A stretch of 63,273 nt of DNA, filler included, from Octopus bimaculoides (taxonomy: Eukaryota): the NCBI RefSeq assembly GCF_001194135.2. It is 8 parts of 8 records of this genome, joined end to end, with 100 filler letters (N's around TTAATTAATTAA, not from the genome) between each part and the next. Parts side by side here need not be neighbours in the genome. Positions count along the whole stretch, not along the records: positions 11,770 to 42,813 come from NC_068991.1; 7 more parts are not named here. One strand, written 5' to 3'. Within the stretch, counting starts at the first letter, position 1. Each line of letters begins with the position of its first letter. A program made the position numbers and the translations under genes. Below, piece after piece: positions 23,955 through 36,039 of this stretch. The notes beneath the pieces are model-generated. The model was not told the DNA's origin. It worked only from the letters and a program-made list of their open reading frames with translations, and searched no databases.

Positions 23955-24690
23955 GATTACGCCCAAAGGTAATTTGCTATCGATCTCAAATTACCGGGCA
24001 GTAACTTAAAATGGGGCCCAGAAAGATGAAAAGAAAATCTAAGGAGCCCAGCCCTCCATTCAGCGTGTGTTGACAGCAAATGGAGCGCCTCACAAGTGGG
24101 ACACGCCCTCTCTACAGAAAGCAGAAGAGTGCGTTCTCCAGTTTGGTCAGACGTAAACTGGGATAAGGCATGATGATCATGCGGTAATATATGACAGAGG
24201 CGATGTAAGTATTCGTCACCTCTGCCCGACCGTTCAAGGATAGCTCTCTCTCGGTTCATTTCTGGGTGAGATTGGCCACCTTGCTCGTTACCTCTTCCCA
24301 GTTCTCAACCTGGAGATCTGGACCAGACCAGATGCCAAGCAATTTAACCTGTCCCTCTGTCCAGTGTCCTACGACATTATTGGACAACATGGAACTGCCT
24401 CTCCAGGTGCCGAGATGCAGGCTCACTGACTTTTCTTGGTTTTGTTCCTGTCGCCGCTTCGTATTCTTTTAGATAAGTACCGACCAGGCCTATGTACCTT
24501 CTGTTCGACACTATGACAGTGAAGTCGTCCTCGTATGCTGTTAGAGTTCTTTCACGTCTGGCGATGCAAGATCTAAGGTGCATGTCTGCGCATCCTTCGT
24601 GTTCTCGCCGGTATTTGAACTTAGAACGGCTCTGTAAAAAGCCATTATTAAGTACTACTAAATATCTTGTCCTACGGTCAAACTATTCTG
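23955..24690 (-). mobile_element. Tx1/L1-type LINE fragment (RT C-terminal part)
   Basis: Minus: TAYEDDFTVIVS..YEAATG..KVANLTQKWTERKLSLNGRAEVTNTYIASVIYY..VPLVRRSICCQHTLNGGLG; homologous to 19610-20090. Confidence 0.85.
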
Positions 24691-24709
24691 CAAATTCCTC
24701 ACCTTTGTA

Positions 24710-25995
24710 ATAAAGGTTTCAAATTTTGGCAGAAGGCCGTCAATTTCAGGGGTACATCGATTGCATGGACTCTAGTGCTCAACTGGTACTTATTTTATCG
24801 GCCCCGAAAGGATGACAGACAACGTCAACTCGACGGAATTTGAACTCAGAACGTAAAGACAGACGAAATGCCTGTAAATATTTTGCCCAGCGTACTAACG
24901 ATTCTACCAGCTCGCCGCCTTAATTTCCATAGTAATATTCTTTTCTACTCTAGGCACAAGGCCCGAAATTTTGGGGGACGGAGCCAGTCGATTAGATCCA
25001 CCCTAGTATGCAACTAGTATTTAATTTATCGACTCCGAAAGGATGAAAGGCAAAGTCGTCCTCGGCGGAATTTGAACTCAGAACGTAAAGACAGGCGAAA
25101 TACCGCTAAAGCATTTCTCCCGGCGTGCTAACAATTCTGCCAGCTCGCCACCTTAATATTCATACTAATATTTATTTCTTTATTGCCCACAAGAAAGGGG
25201 GGGCTAAACACAGAGGGGACAAACAATGGATTAAGTCGATTACATCGACTCCAGTGTGAAAGTGTACTTATTTAATCGACCCCGAAAGGATGAAAGGCAA
25301 AGCTAACCTCGGCAGAATTTGAACTCAGAACATAACGGCAGACGAAATACCGCTAAGCATTTCGCTCTTTTCTTCCTCCGCCACCTTTTCCTCCTCCTCC
25401 TCCTCGTCCTCGTCCTCGTCCTCCTCGTCCTCCTCCTCGTCCTCCACCACCACCACCACCAATACATGAAGCTGTTCCCGAAAGAAAAAGGAGGCATAAA
25501 AACCATCAAATTTACTACTTCTTCGTATTAGAGTATTATTTTATTGTTATCATTATTATCATTATTGGTTTTTGAATTTCTACATTGATGAATTAAAGGT
25601 TTCAAATTTTGGCACTATGCCCGGAATACTGAAGGAAGTGTTAAGTCAATTACATTGACTTCAGTGCTCAGTTGGTACTTATTTTATCGACTACGAAAGG
25701 ACGAAAAGCAAAGTCAACCTCAGTTACATTTGGATTCAGAGAGCTGAAAGAAACTCTGTCAAGTATTTTGTCGGACGCGCTTAATGTTTCTTATTTCTTA
25801 TTGCCCACAAAGGGCTAAACATAGAAGAGACAAACAAGGACAGACAAAGGGATTAAGTCGATACATCGACCCCAGTGCGCAACTGGTACTTAATTTATTG
25901 ACCCCCGAAAGGATAAAAGGCAAAGTCGATCTCAGCAGAATTTGAACTAAGTATTTCGCTCGGTGTGCTAACGTTTCTGCCAGCTCGCCACCTCA
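24710..25995 (-). mobile_element. Head-to-tail array of five SINE family C copies
   Basis: The ..gaaaggatgaaaggcaaagtc..ggaatttgaactcagaac core (or a close variant) occurs at ~24805, 25035, 25285, 25695 and 25905. Confidence 0.85.
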
Positions 25996-26349
25996 AAGTC
26001 GTGAAAAATAAAATATGAGAACTGTTATAAGGTTTACATAATTCGTTATAGTTTGCTGTGTTATTGTTCTCATATTGTTAAGAACACAAACTTAATTTCT
26101 GTAAAATAACATACATGCATGCACACAGCTCAACCAGCACACCTACTCAACCACATATTTACAAACACCGGCAACTCTCGTAACTCAATCAAAAAGTCTT
26201 GTCGCTTTGTTAGCGGCCAGCTTAAACTCTCTTAAGAATTTAAGTAAAACTCAAAGAAAAATCATACCTACCTACCTACCTACATACCTACCTACCTACA
26301 TACCTACCTACCTACCTACCTACCTACATACATACATACATACATACAT

Positions 26350-26830
26350 ATCTTCCTACGAAGCCAGAACGGCCTAGAACAACATAACAAAAAAGAAAAC
26401 AACTCTATATGAAATTGACTATATTGAAACCGATGGGTCAAAACAATTTTGGTGGAGCTTAAAAATTAAAACAACAACCAAATTAAGATACAACTGGCCA
26501 AGGAAAAGATATGTTCTGTTGTGGAAATCAACTGTGCTTTGGACACCAATGTGGTTAGAAAAATACAGTTGAAGGAGGACATCTATGGATCATTGATAAG
26601 GAGTCTGCAAATCCAGTGCCCACGATACACTTTCAGCTTCATACCTTTATTATTGGAGCGACAGGACACATACAATTCAATTGGAGCAAAATATGGTTGA
26701 AGTTGGGATCTTGGGGAGAGAACGTAAACCCTTAATTCATATACTACATATGATCTCGATATGTGGGACTATAAAAATCTGCACGACCTTAAGATTTAAA
26801 GGCTGATGGACAAAATAAGATGCTTTCCTT
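26350..26830 (+). mobile_element. R4-like LINE 3' end (RLE domain), decayed
   Basis: FWWSLKIKTTTKLRYNWP..VVEINCALDTNVVRKIQLKEDIYGSLIRSLQ..Y.FSF/..IIGATG. Confidence 0.7.
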
Positions 26831-26979
26831 CACAACCTTGTTACCAAGTCGGTGGCCGGTCAAAATCTACTCTAAATTAAAAGGAGAAAAATAATATACA
26901 TACATACATACATACATACATACATACATACATACATACATACATACATACATACATACATACATACATACATACATAC

Positions 26980-27226
26980 GTGTGGTAAGTAGCTTGCTTA
27001 CCAACCACATGGTTCCAGGTCCATTCCCACTGCGTGGCATCTTGGGCAAGTGTCTTCTACTATAGCCTCGGGCCAACCAAAGCCTTGTGAGTGGATTTGA
27101 TTGACAGAAACTGAAAGANNNNNNNNNNNNNNNNNNNNNNNNNNNNNNNNNNNNNNNNNNNNNNNNNNNNNNNNNNNNNNNNNNNNNNNNNNNNNNNNNN
27201 NNNNNNNNNNNNNNNNNNNNNNNNNN

Positions 27227-27294
<68 letters not shown>

Positions 27295-27520
27295 TGTATG
27301 TATGTATGTGTGTGTATATGTTTGTGTGTCTGTGCTTGTCCCCCCAACATCGCTTGACAACGGATGGTGGTGTATTTACATCCTCGTAACTTAGCGGTTC
27401 GGCAAAAGAAACCGATAGAATAAGTACTAGGCTTCCAAAGAATAAGTCCTGGGGTCGATTTATTCGACTAAAGGCGGTGCTCCAGCATGGCCGCAGTCAA
27501 ATGACTGAAACAAGAAAAAA
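26980..27520 (+). mobile_element. SINE A/B composite with internal microsatellite and gap
   Basis: Head tggtaagtagcttgcttaccaaccacatggttcc, CORE-like ttgggcaagtgtcttc, (TA)(TATG)n, then the B half. Confidence 0.9.
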
Positions 27521-27965
27521 AGAAAATACATACATACATACATACGTATGAACGTACGTGTGCGCAGATGTATGTGCGTCCGTGTGAACGCATAAAAAGT
27601 TTATTACACGCTAATAAATATGTCACTTGAACAGAGTTGCTACGCGCTTTTTTATTTAAAGAATTATCCATTTTTTATTAGTTTCTAAAAATGAATTCCA
27701 ACCAGTACTAATTATAGCCACTACTTGTTGTTGTTGTTGTTTAGCCTTAAACGGGCAGATCTATTGTTAAATACGTCTTTTGGAGTGGCCTTACAGCTAA
27801 GTTACAATAATGTGTTCGTTTTTTAATTTGAGACAAGATGATCAATGATTTAAAGGAGATTTGGTCGATGTTTTTAGTAAATCCCGCGACTAGTTCTCTC
27901 TCTCTCTCGTTGACTCGGAGTCATTATTTATTGTAAACAAAGCAAGATTATAAAATTTTATTAGG

Positions 27966-28132
27966 AGTGGCTGTGTGGTAAGTAGCTTGCTTAAGTAGCT
28001 TGCTTACCAACCACATGGTTCCGGGTTCATTCCCACTGCGTGGCACCTTGGGTAAGTGTCCTCTACTATAGCCTCGGGCCGACCAAAGCCTTGTGAGTGG
28101 AATTGGTAGACGGAAACTGAAAGAAGCCCGTC

Positions 28133-28172
<40 letters not shown>

Positions 28173-28291
28173 NNNNNNNNNNNNNNNNNNNNNNNNNNNN
28201 NNNNNNNNNNNNNNNNNNNNNNNNNNNNNNNNNNNNNNNNNNNNNNNNNNNNNNNNNNNNNNNNNNNNNNNNNNNNNNNNNNNNNNNNNNN

Positions 28292-28327
<36 letters not shown>

Positions 28328-28545
28328 TGTGTTTGTGTGTGTGTTTGTGTGTCTGTGTTTGTCCCCCTAGCATCGCTTGACAACCGATGCTGGTGTGTTT
28401 ATGTCCCCGTAACTTAGCGGTTCGGCAAAAAAGACCGATAGAATAAGTACTAGGCATCCAAAGAATAAGACCTGGGGTCGATTTGATTCGACTAAAGGTG
28501 GTGCTCCAGCATGGCCGCAGTCAAATGACTGAAACAAGTAAAAGA
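27966..28545 (+). mobile_element. SINE A/B composite with internal microsatellite and gap
   Basis: Same organisation as 26980-27520. Confidence 0.9.
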
Positions 28546-28779
28546 GCAATGATTAAAGAGTATTCCAAAGGATTATTATTATTACTTTTGTTGCTGCTGT
28601 TGGTGTTGGTGTTGCTATCTATGTATCCATAAATAATAAAGTTGTAAATATTATATTCATGTATTTGCATATTTTTACTTTCTAATTCACATTTACATTC
28701 TGGGATACACGCCTTTTAAACAAATTAGCATATATTTGCATATTTTCATTCATAACAATTACCAAATTCGTGCCAGCTG

Positions 28780-28800
28780 TTGTTGTTGCTGCTGTTACTA

Positions 28801-28832
<32 letters not shown>

Positions 28833-29226
28833 GAAGAAGAAAGAGGAGGAGGAGAAAGAGGAAAGGGAAGAAGAGGAGGGAGAAGGAGTGGGAGGAGATG
28901 GAGGAAGAAGGAGAAGCAGGAGAAGGAGGAGGACGAGGAGGAGGAGCAGGAAGAATATGAAGGAGGAGAGAAGGAAAGAGGTGGAGGAAGAGGAGGAGGC
29001 GTAAAGGAAGAAAGAGAAACAGATGAAGAAAAGTAGTAGTAATAGTAGTAGTAGTAGTAGTAGAAGAAGAAGAAGAAGAAGAAGAAGAAGAAGAAGAAGA
29101 AGAAAAGACAGTGGACCCGAAGGATTTCGCTGCTAAAATAGAACTGATGTTCAACAAAATTTTTGACAAGGAGTGACAACATTGGATTGTCGACCACTAC
29201 TGCCACCGCCGCGACTGCTGCTGCTG

Positions 29227-29283
<57 letters not shown>

Positions 29284-29320
29284 TTACTACTACCGCTTCT
29301 GCCACCACCACCACTACTAC
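28780..29320. repeat. Compound trinucleotide field (GAT/GAA/GGA/TAG/CTA/CTG/CAC)n
   Basis: Direct reading; source of the homopolymeric ORFs. Confidence 0.9.
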
Positions 29321-29339
29321 TACTGATACCATCGACGAA

Positions 29340-29582
29340 TCTTCTACCTGGTCACTCGACCCGCTAGAAATAGCAGCCAAACAGCCGTCCACACACACAC
29401 ATACACACACACACACACATCATCATCATCATACATACCATCTTAAAGAAGGAAGAGAACAGACGAACAACCAACACAATGTAGGCTCCCCAACGCCCCC
29501 ACATGACCTTAAAAACGATAGGATTGGTCGTGACGGGAAGGCCTTTAATTTCTTTCGGCTGGATCAGGATTTGACCCAGGGC

Positions 29583-29614
<32 letters not shown>

Positions 29615-29615
29615 T
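29340..29615 (+). repeat. Interspersed repeat family F with a (CAA)n tail
   Basis: tctac.tggt..tcgac..ctagaaatagcagc.aaa ... gatcagg.t.gacc..gggctaaacaacaac; related pieces at 30100-30290, 48020-48165, 27725-27885(-) and 31560-31625(-). Confidence 0.6.
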
Positions 29616-30329
29616 AAATCCATTCAACCTTCTCCTCCTCCCACTACCACAGATACTACAACTGCTACTATTACTGCTACTGCTGTGACTACTAACTGTT
29701 ACTCATTCGGCAATTCATAGAGTTGAGAATGTCATGATTGAATAAAATGTTGCAAATCCCGATTACTACTGCTACCGCCTCTATTATTCCTATCCATATT
29801 GACATTAAAATACAACCTGTTACTGCCACCCTCGTTGTTCTCTTAATCTCCGATATTCCGCTACTGTCATAGAATCAGGTTCAGCCACAGCTACATTGTA
29901 ACACTCCGACCCATGCGTGTTGTACAAGCTTTTGAATGCTGTTCTCTTGCTATTGTCTGTTGCTACTGTTTTTTATTGATGGAAGAGATGAGATGAGATG
30001 AGTGAAATGTTCTTTGAATGGGAAAAATATGATAATGTATCTACTACATACACACCTCATTACAAACATGAATAAATATGAATATCGTTATCTGTATAGG
30101 GAGCCTTCTACGTGGTTGTTCGACTGCTAGAAATAGCAGCAAAATCTCCCTCAAAGAAGAAAAGAAAGAAAGAAACGGTGAAGAGAGATTAGACATTGTA
30201 GTCCGAGCTACATTCCATTTCTAAATGAGACTGTCACGGCTGGAACGTCCTCGATTAGAGAATTACACGCGATCAGAATTTACCCGGCGTTAAATGCCAA
30301 CGTTGTATTATTGCAATATGTATATTTAA

Positions 30330-30550
30330 TAATTCTTTCCATCATAGGCACAAGACCTGAAATTTTGGGACAAACGGACTTCTCAATTAGATTGACCCTA
30401 AATGATCAACTGTTACTTATTTTATCGCTCTCGAAAGGATGAAATGCAAAGTCAAGCTCGGCGGAATTTGAACTCAGAATGTAAAGGCTGGGAGAAATGC
30501 CGCTGAGCATTTTGTCCGACGTGCTACCGATTCTGTCAGCTCTTCGCCTT
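30330..30550 (-). mobile_element. SINE family C
   Basis: Consensus match (gaaaggatgaaatgcaaagtcaagctcggcggaatttgaactcagaa). Confidence 0.8.
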
Positions 30551-31932
30551 CTGTATTATTTAATACCTTAAACAATAATGACACTCGTAAAAACTCCAAA
30601 TTCTATATATTTACTATATCGATGAGTAAATTTATTGATTTCTATCACATTGATTCTATTGGACCTCGATTTCATTGCAATAATTTTAAGGCTGTTAAAA
30701 GCGTAATATTCAAACAGATGTTGTGACAAACAAAGCAACATTGTATTGGTAGATAAATTCGTTCGTTCCCTCCCACCTCATTAATTTTAACCCTTTCCAA
30801 TTCTATCTGAATTAACACGAGAACTATTTTTATCATAGTGATTTTTTTCTTCTTTTTGGCAGCTCTGTTTATTATATACATTTGCTTATCGTTTTTTTTG
30901 AAATTTGAATAAAATTTACCTATTTTCAGATATATGACAACGAAGTGACAAGTAGGGGGAAAAACAGTGACCCCCCCCCCCAAAAAAAAACGAACGAATT
31001 TATCTGTTGGAACCAAGCCATTACATTGGACTTTGGTATTGTCTTAGGTCAGTGCCGATGGGTATACTGGGCAGCTGCCCGGAGACCTAAGGGCCCAATT
31101 CTGATCAATATATGCTGTGACATACACTCAAGAAATAAATACTATAGGGCTCAGTGCATTAATTGACCCCATAATGCTGCTTAGGTGGCTGTCTTAGATT
31201 ACTAAACATATCTTCCACTGTCTTGGACGCTAGTCTGTCACAATTTCGTCTCACAGAAACCGTTGATTACACATTGTCCAAGGCAATAGAGTGGAAGAAT
31301 AGATAGAAAGGTAGACTGGATGACCTTCCATATCTACTTACAGTCCTTTACATTCTGAGCTCAATCCCCGCTCAGGGTCAACTTCAGCTTTCATCTTTCC
31401 GGGGTAATTTTAACAGGCCACATGACATCATATACGATCTCCTGCTGGATGAGATTAATTGCTTGTAGATTCAACGGAGAATAGTTTACTTGGAACAATT
31501 CTTTTTAAGCATTGGTTCCAGCTCAGACCTGGTTGAGTATCTATGTGACTAACAATAGTCCAACTATAACCATCCCGTCTTTTTCCTAGGACTACTGTAT
31601 CTAGAACTACATTGTTGTTGTTGTTGTTGGCACTCCGTCGCTTACGAAGTCGAGGGTTCCACCCTATTTGGTCATATTCCATGAGAGTATCTTGGTCAGT
31701 CTAGGAACTTCTCAGCCCACTCTCGTATATATTAGATTCATAGGCCCTTTTAACCGGTGTTGATTTTAGTCATGCTGGGTTTCTAGCAACCCTTCTCATC
31801 AGGTAAGCCTATGGGGGTTCCAGTTGAGTCACCGACGACCCGACCATGCATACATACATAGGTATATATATATGTATGTGTGTTTTGTATATATAGACAT
31901 ACATACACAAGTACGTACATACATATATACAT

Positions 31933-32008
<76 letters not shown>

Positions 32009-32465
32009 NNNNNNNNNNNNNNNNNNNNNNNNNNNNNNNNNNNNNNNNNNNNNNNNNNNNNNNNNNNNNNNNNNNNNNNNNNNNNNNNNNNNNNNNNNNN
32101 NNNNNNNNNNNNNNNNNNNNNNNNNNNNNNNNNNNNNNNNNNNNNNNNNNNNNNNNNNNNNNNNNNNNNNNNNNNNNNNNNNNNNNNNNNNNNNNNNNNN
32201 NNNNNNNNNNNNNNNNNNNNNNNNNNNNNNNNNNNNNNNNNNNNNNNNNNNNNNNNNNGTCATTATCATTTATAAATTGTTACACTAGATAATAATAGAG
32301 TCAATGATATCTTCGCAAGTATTTACTCGTGAATTATTTTTCTCGTGAATTATTTGCTCCGTATTGAAATTATTTTCACACTGGTGGCTGGCATGATTCG
32401 GCGCAAAACGAATCAGTTGCAGCGCAGACTTCAACGTGAGGGGTTGGGGCTCTCCATCATAGGAA

Positions 32466-32518
32466 CATATGCTGATGAAGGTGGGGCTATTATGCCAGTC
32501 CAGAAACCGGCCCACGTG
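32466..32518 (+). ncRNA. Degenerate type I hammerhead motif (probable PLE terminal-repeat relic)
   Basis: CATATG-CTGATGA-A-GGTGGGGC-TATTAT-GCCAGTCCA-GAAACCGGCC-CACGTG: canonical core, stem I with 5 of 6 pairs, near-palindromic ACCGG(C) stem III. U16.1 is mutated and stem II is imperfect. Confidence 0.4.
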
Positions 32519-32769
32519 AGTTCAAATACTTGAATGTATGCTGAGAGATTGTCTTAGGCCGTTTGCCTTCGGACAGTTGATTTCTGTAGTTATTATCAGT
32601 GTATTTTGGCGATGTAAATAAGAGTTTTGACTGTTGTTTCCATATATATATATATATGTAAGACTCGGCATGACATTCCTTGGTAAGTTGATCTTATTAT
32701 AGATATATAGTTGTCTGGTATGCCGTAGTGCTGCATAATTCTCCATAAGCCTTCCCTATCTACACTATC

Positions 32770-33075
32770 CAATGCTTTTTCGAATCAAGTTCCGATTAGA
32801 GAGCAAATATTTAAGAAAAAGTGGAAGTGGATTGGTGGCACAATTAGAAAGGACACACCAAATGCAGCGAAAAGCGCTTTACAGTGGAATCCGGATGGAT
32901 ATAGAAAGAAGGGTAGGCCTAAGAACTCGTGGCGTAGATCAACACAAAAGGAACTAGAGAAAGGGGGACATTCATGGCAGAGTATAAGTACAGAAGCAAG
33001 AAATTATGCGACATGGAATTCAATTATAAGTGGCCTATACTCCACGTTGGAGGGTTAAAGGCAAGAAGAAGAAGA
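32770..33075 (+). mobile_element. RTE-clade LINE 3' end
   Basis: IREQIFKKKWKWIGGTIRK..KSALQWNP/GYRKKGRPKNSWRR.. followed by a (GAA)n tail. Confidence 0.85.
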
Positions 33076-33209
33076 AGCCGCGCTATGGCTCTGAACCCGA
33101 GATCTCGTAGCTGTTGAAAGCGAGCTTCTTAACCATCCAGCCATGCCTGCGCCTGTTCCTCGGGTTAATGAAGTTATGAGTTATATACCCGAAGAAGTAC
33201 ATCATATAA

Positions 33210-33420
33210 AATGGATCTCCATCGGTAACGACGATGAGTAGTCAGTCGTTCGATCAAGTGAACATCTGTTCATTGAGTAGGTGTGCAAGTAGCTGAGTAT
33301 TCCACAGACATTTGGAATATAGTCGTACCCAAGGCCGAAAGTTCAATCCATTCAATGGGCATCTGCACAGGTTCCGAAAGTCTATTTTCCACTGACCTGT
33401 AGCTATAATAAAAGAGACTG
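33210..33420 (-). mobile_element. Degenerate SINE family D 3' part
   Basis: Reverse complement has gtctgtggaatactcagctacttgcac..ttgatcg..catcgtcgttaccgatggag. Confidence 0.6.
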
Positions 33421-33540
33421 GTCCAAAGTGCCAAACGGTGAAATACAAGGCGGGCCACAGGATTGCAAAGCAAAATTCGCAAGGTTTCAGCCTCAACGCG
33501 TCAATTATACACGCGCTCGCGAGCACATACACGCATCATA

Positions 33541-33592
<52 letters not shown>

Positions 33593-33609
33593 GTTCAAAT
33601 TTACAGAAA

Positions 33610-33700
33610 ACAAAAGACGAAGGCAGGTGTATTAATTTAACGCTCGGGAATAATGGCAAAGTCTCTGACCTTTCATGCCTACATTCTTCGACAGAAAGGG
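33610..33700 (-). mobile_element. PLE terminal-repeat fragment with a degenerate hammerhead (33662-33699)
   Basis: gcaggtgtatta.t.t.acgctcg..aaagtct..tttc..gcctac..tcttcgacagaaag matches positions 17-92. Confidence 0.65.
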
Positions 33701-33762
33701 TTAAGAGGGGAAAAAAAACGGAGAGAAAAAAAATGTGTAGGGATTAACGGTTCAGTATGATG

Positions 33763-33800
<38 letters not shown>

Positions 33801-34242
33801 CTTATATCCTTAATCCAAATGCACAAATTATACAACACACGGATTTTTGTTTCATTGTATTCATTATTATGAATAATATTGATAAAATATATCTATTTAC
33901 ATCGAAAAATAATGTTTTATGATTGATAAATAGAGGGGGAACTTCAAGAATTTCTATTGAACGCTACTTACATGATTTCAACGTTTAGGCAAGATGGCTT
34001 TATAATGCCGGCGAATTGTGTCATAGTGTTAGAACTAATAAAATATTGAAATATTTTAGAGATGAATTATGAACTGTTGAAACTTACCACTCCCCGCAGT
34101 TGATCGTTGTTTACTAGGTTGGTTTTCAGTATCTCTGTTGTTTCAGTATCTCTGTTGTTGAGTAACGTAGTTAGGAAGTGAGGCGGGTCACCGCGAGCGA
34201 CACTTTTAAGGAGGCAGCACTTTTGGGTCTACTGTATCAACT

Positions 34243-34550
34243 GGCACTTCGTTGGTTACGATGACGTGTGTTCCGGTTGTTCCAGCCTGCCCGTGAAATT
34301 AACATTCAAGTGGCTGAGCACTTCACAGACACGCGTACCATTAATGTAGTTCTCAGGGTAATTCAGCGTGACACAGAATGTGAAAAGGCCGGCCCTTTGA
34401 ATTACAGATTCTGTTCATTTTTCCGGCTGGATGGATTAGAGCAACGTGAAATAAAGTGTTTTTTTTCTTAAGGACGCAATGCGTCACCTGGAACCGAACT
34501 CATGATTTTACGATTGTGAACCGAATACCCTAACCACTAAGCCACGCGCC
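34243..34550 (-). mobile_element. tRNA-derived SINE family D variant, full length
   Basis: Reverse complement starts ggcgcgtggcttagtggttagggt (A box), has a B-box-like gagttcggttcc and the family D body. Confidence 0.85.
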
Positions 34551-35904
34551 TTCCCTAGGTCTGCTGTATAAACCTGTGTGGGTGGAAGAAAACTCAACGT
34601 CTATATTAGCCGGCACACACTGCAGTTGTTTTACTTCGGATAACTGGATGTAGCTGTTCGACAAAGAGACCAATAAATTAGGTACCAACCTGAAATATGT
34701 ACTAGAGTCGGTATCATTGACTTAACATTGAAGTCGGTGCTCCAGCATGAACACAGTTCAAGCCCTGAATCCTATGTAAGGAATGAAAGAAAAGCAAAAG
34801 AATATACGTCTTTCGGGTATTTTTGAATATGCCTTAATTTTAATTAGAATCCCTGTTTTTAGCTGAGATTGCCATAATCTCATTTGAGCAGTGTCCATCA
34901 CTGCAGAACTTATAACTACTAAGTCGGGAGTAAGGCTGTTTCAAATTGCAATCTTCTCTGAAGAAGTTCATTTTAAAGTCTACAAATAGATTACATTGTT
35001 ATGCTTTCATATAGATTATGACCTAATCCAAGGTTTCCAACAACTTTCTCAGAATTTCTAAGAAAAATATGAAGAATTTTCCAGTTCTTATCTGAATTTT
35101 GTGTAGTCGAAATCTCTCTGTAACAACTAAAAGATTTGAATTAGAACCATTCTCAGAATGTTATATGTTCCTTCTCTTATTTTTCTTGGTGCTGTTCAAA
35201 AGGAATATATGCAATTTTCAATGAGTGATAAAAGGGCGGGAACTTACGTCTGGTCCACGTAAAACTGCTCTAGTTTTTTACTGTAAGTATACAAACTTTA
35301 ATCAATAGGATGAAAAGTATTTGGATTCTTCTACGATTTGCAGCGATATTTGGCAATTATATTCTAGATTCCAGTGTTTTAATATTTCTTGTCACCATTT
35401 ATCGTGTTTATTGTTTTACAATAACCAAAAATCTAATAACAATAATGCATGAGGTAATATTGACGTGTGAGAAGCGTCACTCCGTCGCTATTCCAAGTTT
35501 CTTTGGCAGAATTTAATTGATTACGTACAAAATACTAATAATGTGCTTGCTGCCTTAGACGCCATTTATGAAGTCAGCAGCTGAGAATAAATGAGAAAAG
35601 CTTGGAATTTTATACTTGTCTGCAGGTTTTATTCCGTTAATATACGAAGGAGTGGTAATTAGAACTCAATTTTCTCAGAAATTCGATGTTGCATCATTCT
35701 TCCTTCTTACTGGAAAGAAGTAAATGTGTTTTGCGCGTTGACTTTTGAACATGTTCATCGTGGGTCTGTTGGAACTCTTTCTTCGACACACTAATGCAAA
35801 CTTACAGTACACGCCACAAAGAAATAATATACTCTGTGAATACTGGCGTGGTATGAGGAACTAAAATCCTTGAAGCGGTGCCCTAGCATAGTTGCAGTCA
35901 ATGA

Positions 35905-35946
35905 CACTGGGTAATAATAATAATAATAATAATAATAATGATAATA

Positions 35947-35983
<37 letters not shown>

Positions 35984-35993
35984 CGACGATGAC

Positions 35994-36039
<46 letters not shown>
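35905..36039. repeat. (TAA)n/(TGA)n microsatellite at the start of the Dong-like cluster
   Basis: Direct reading. Confidence 0.95.

Noticed and set aside
23955-24030. Apparent rearrangement in the Tx1 fragment (cccggtaatttga shared with ~18326)
   Set aside because: Only a 13-nt match; too short to claim domain shuffling.
28682-29627. Poly-E/K/T/S ORFs, including EEEKTVDPKDFAAKIELMFNKIFDKE* at 29102-29176
   Set aside because: These derive from trinucleotide repeats. The short unique tail has no start codon, no convincing acceptor and no recognisable homology.
31770-31815. Minus-strand CTGATGAGAAGGGTTGCTAGAAACCC as a hammerhead
   Set aside because: The GAAA is sequestered in the hairpin, and no stem II closing pair or cleavage triplet can be built.
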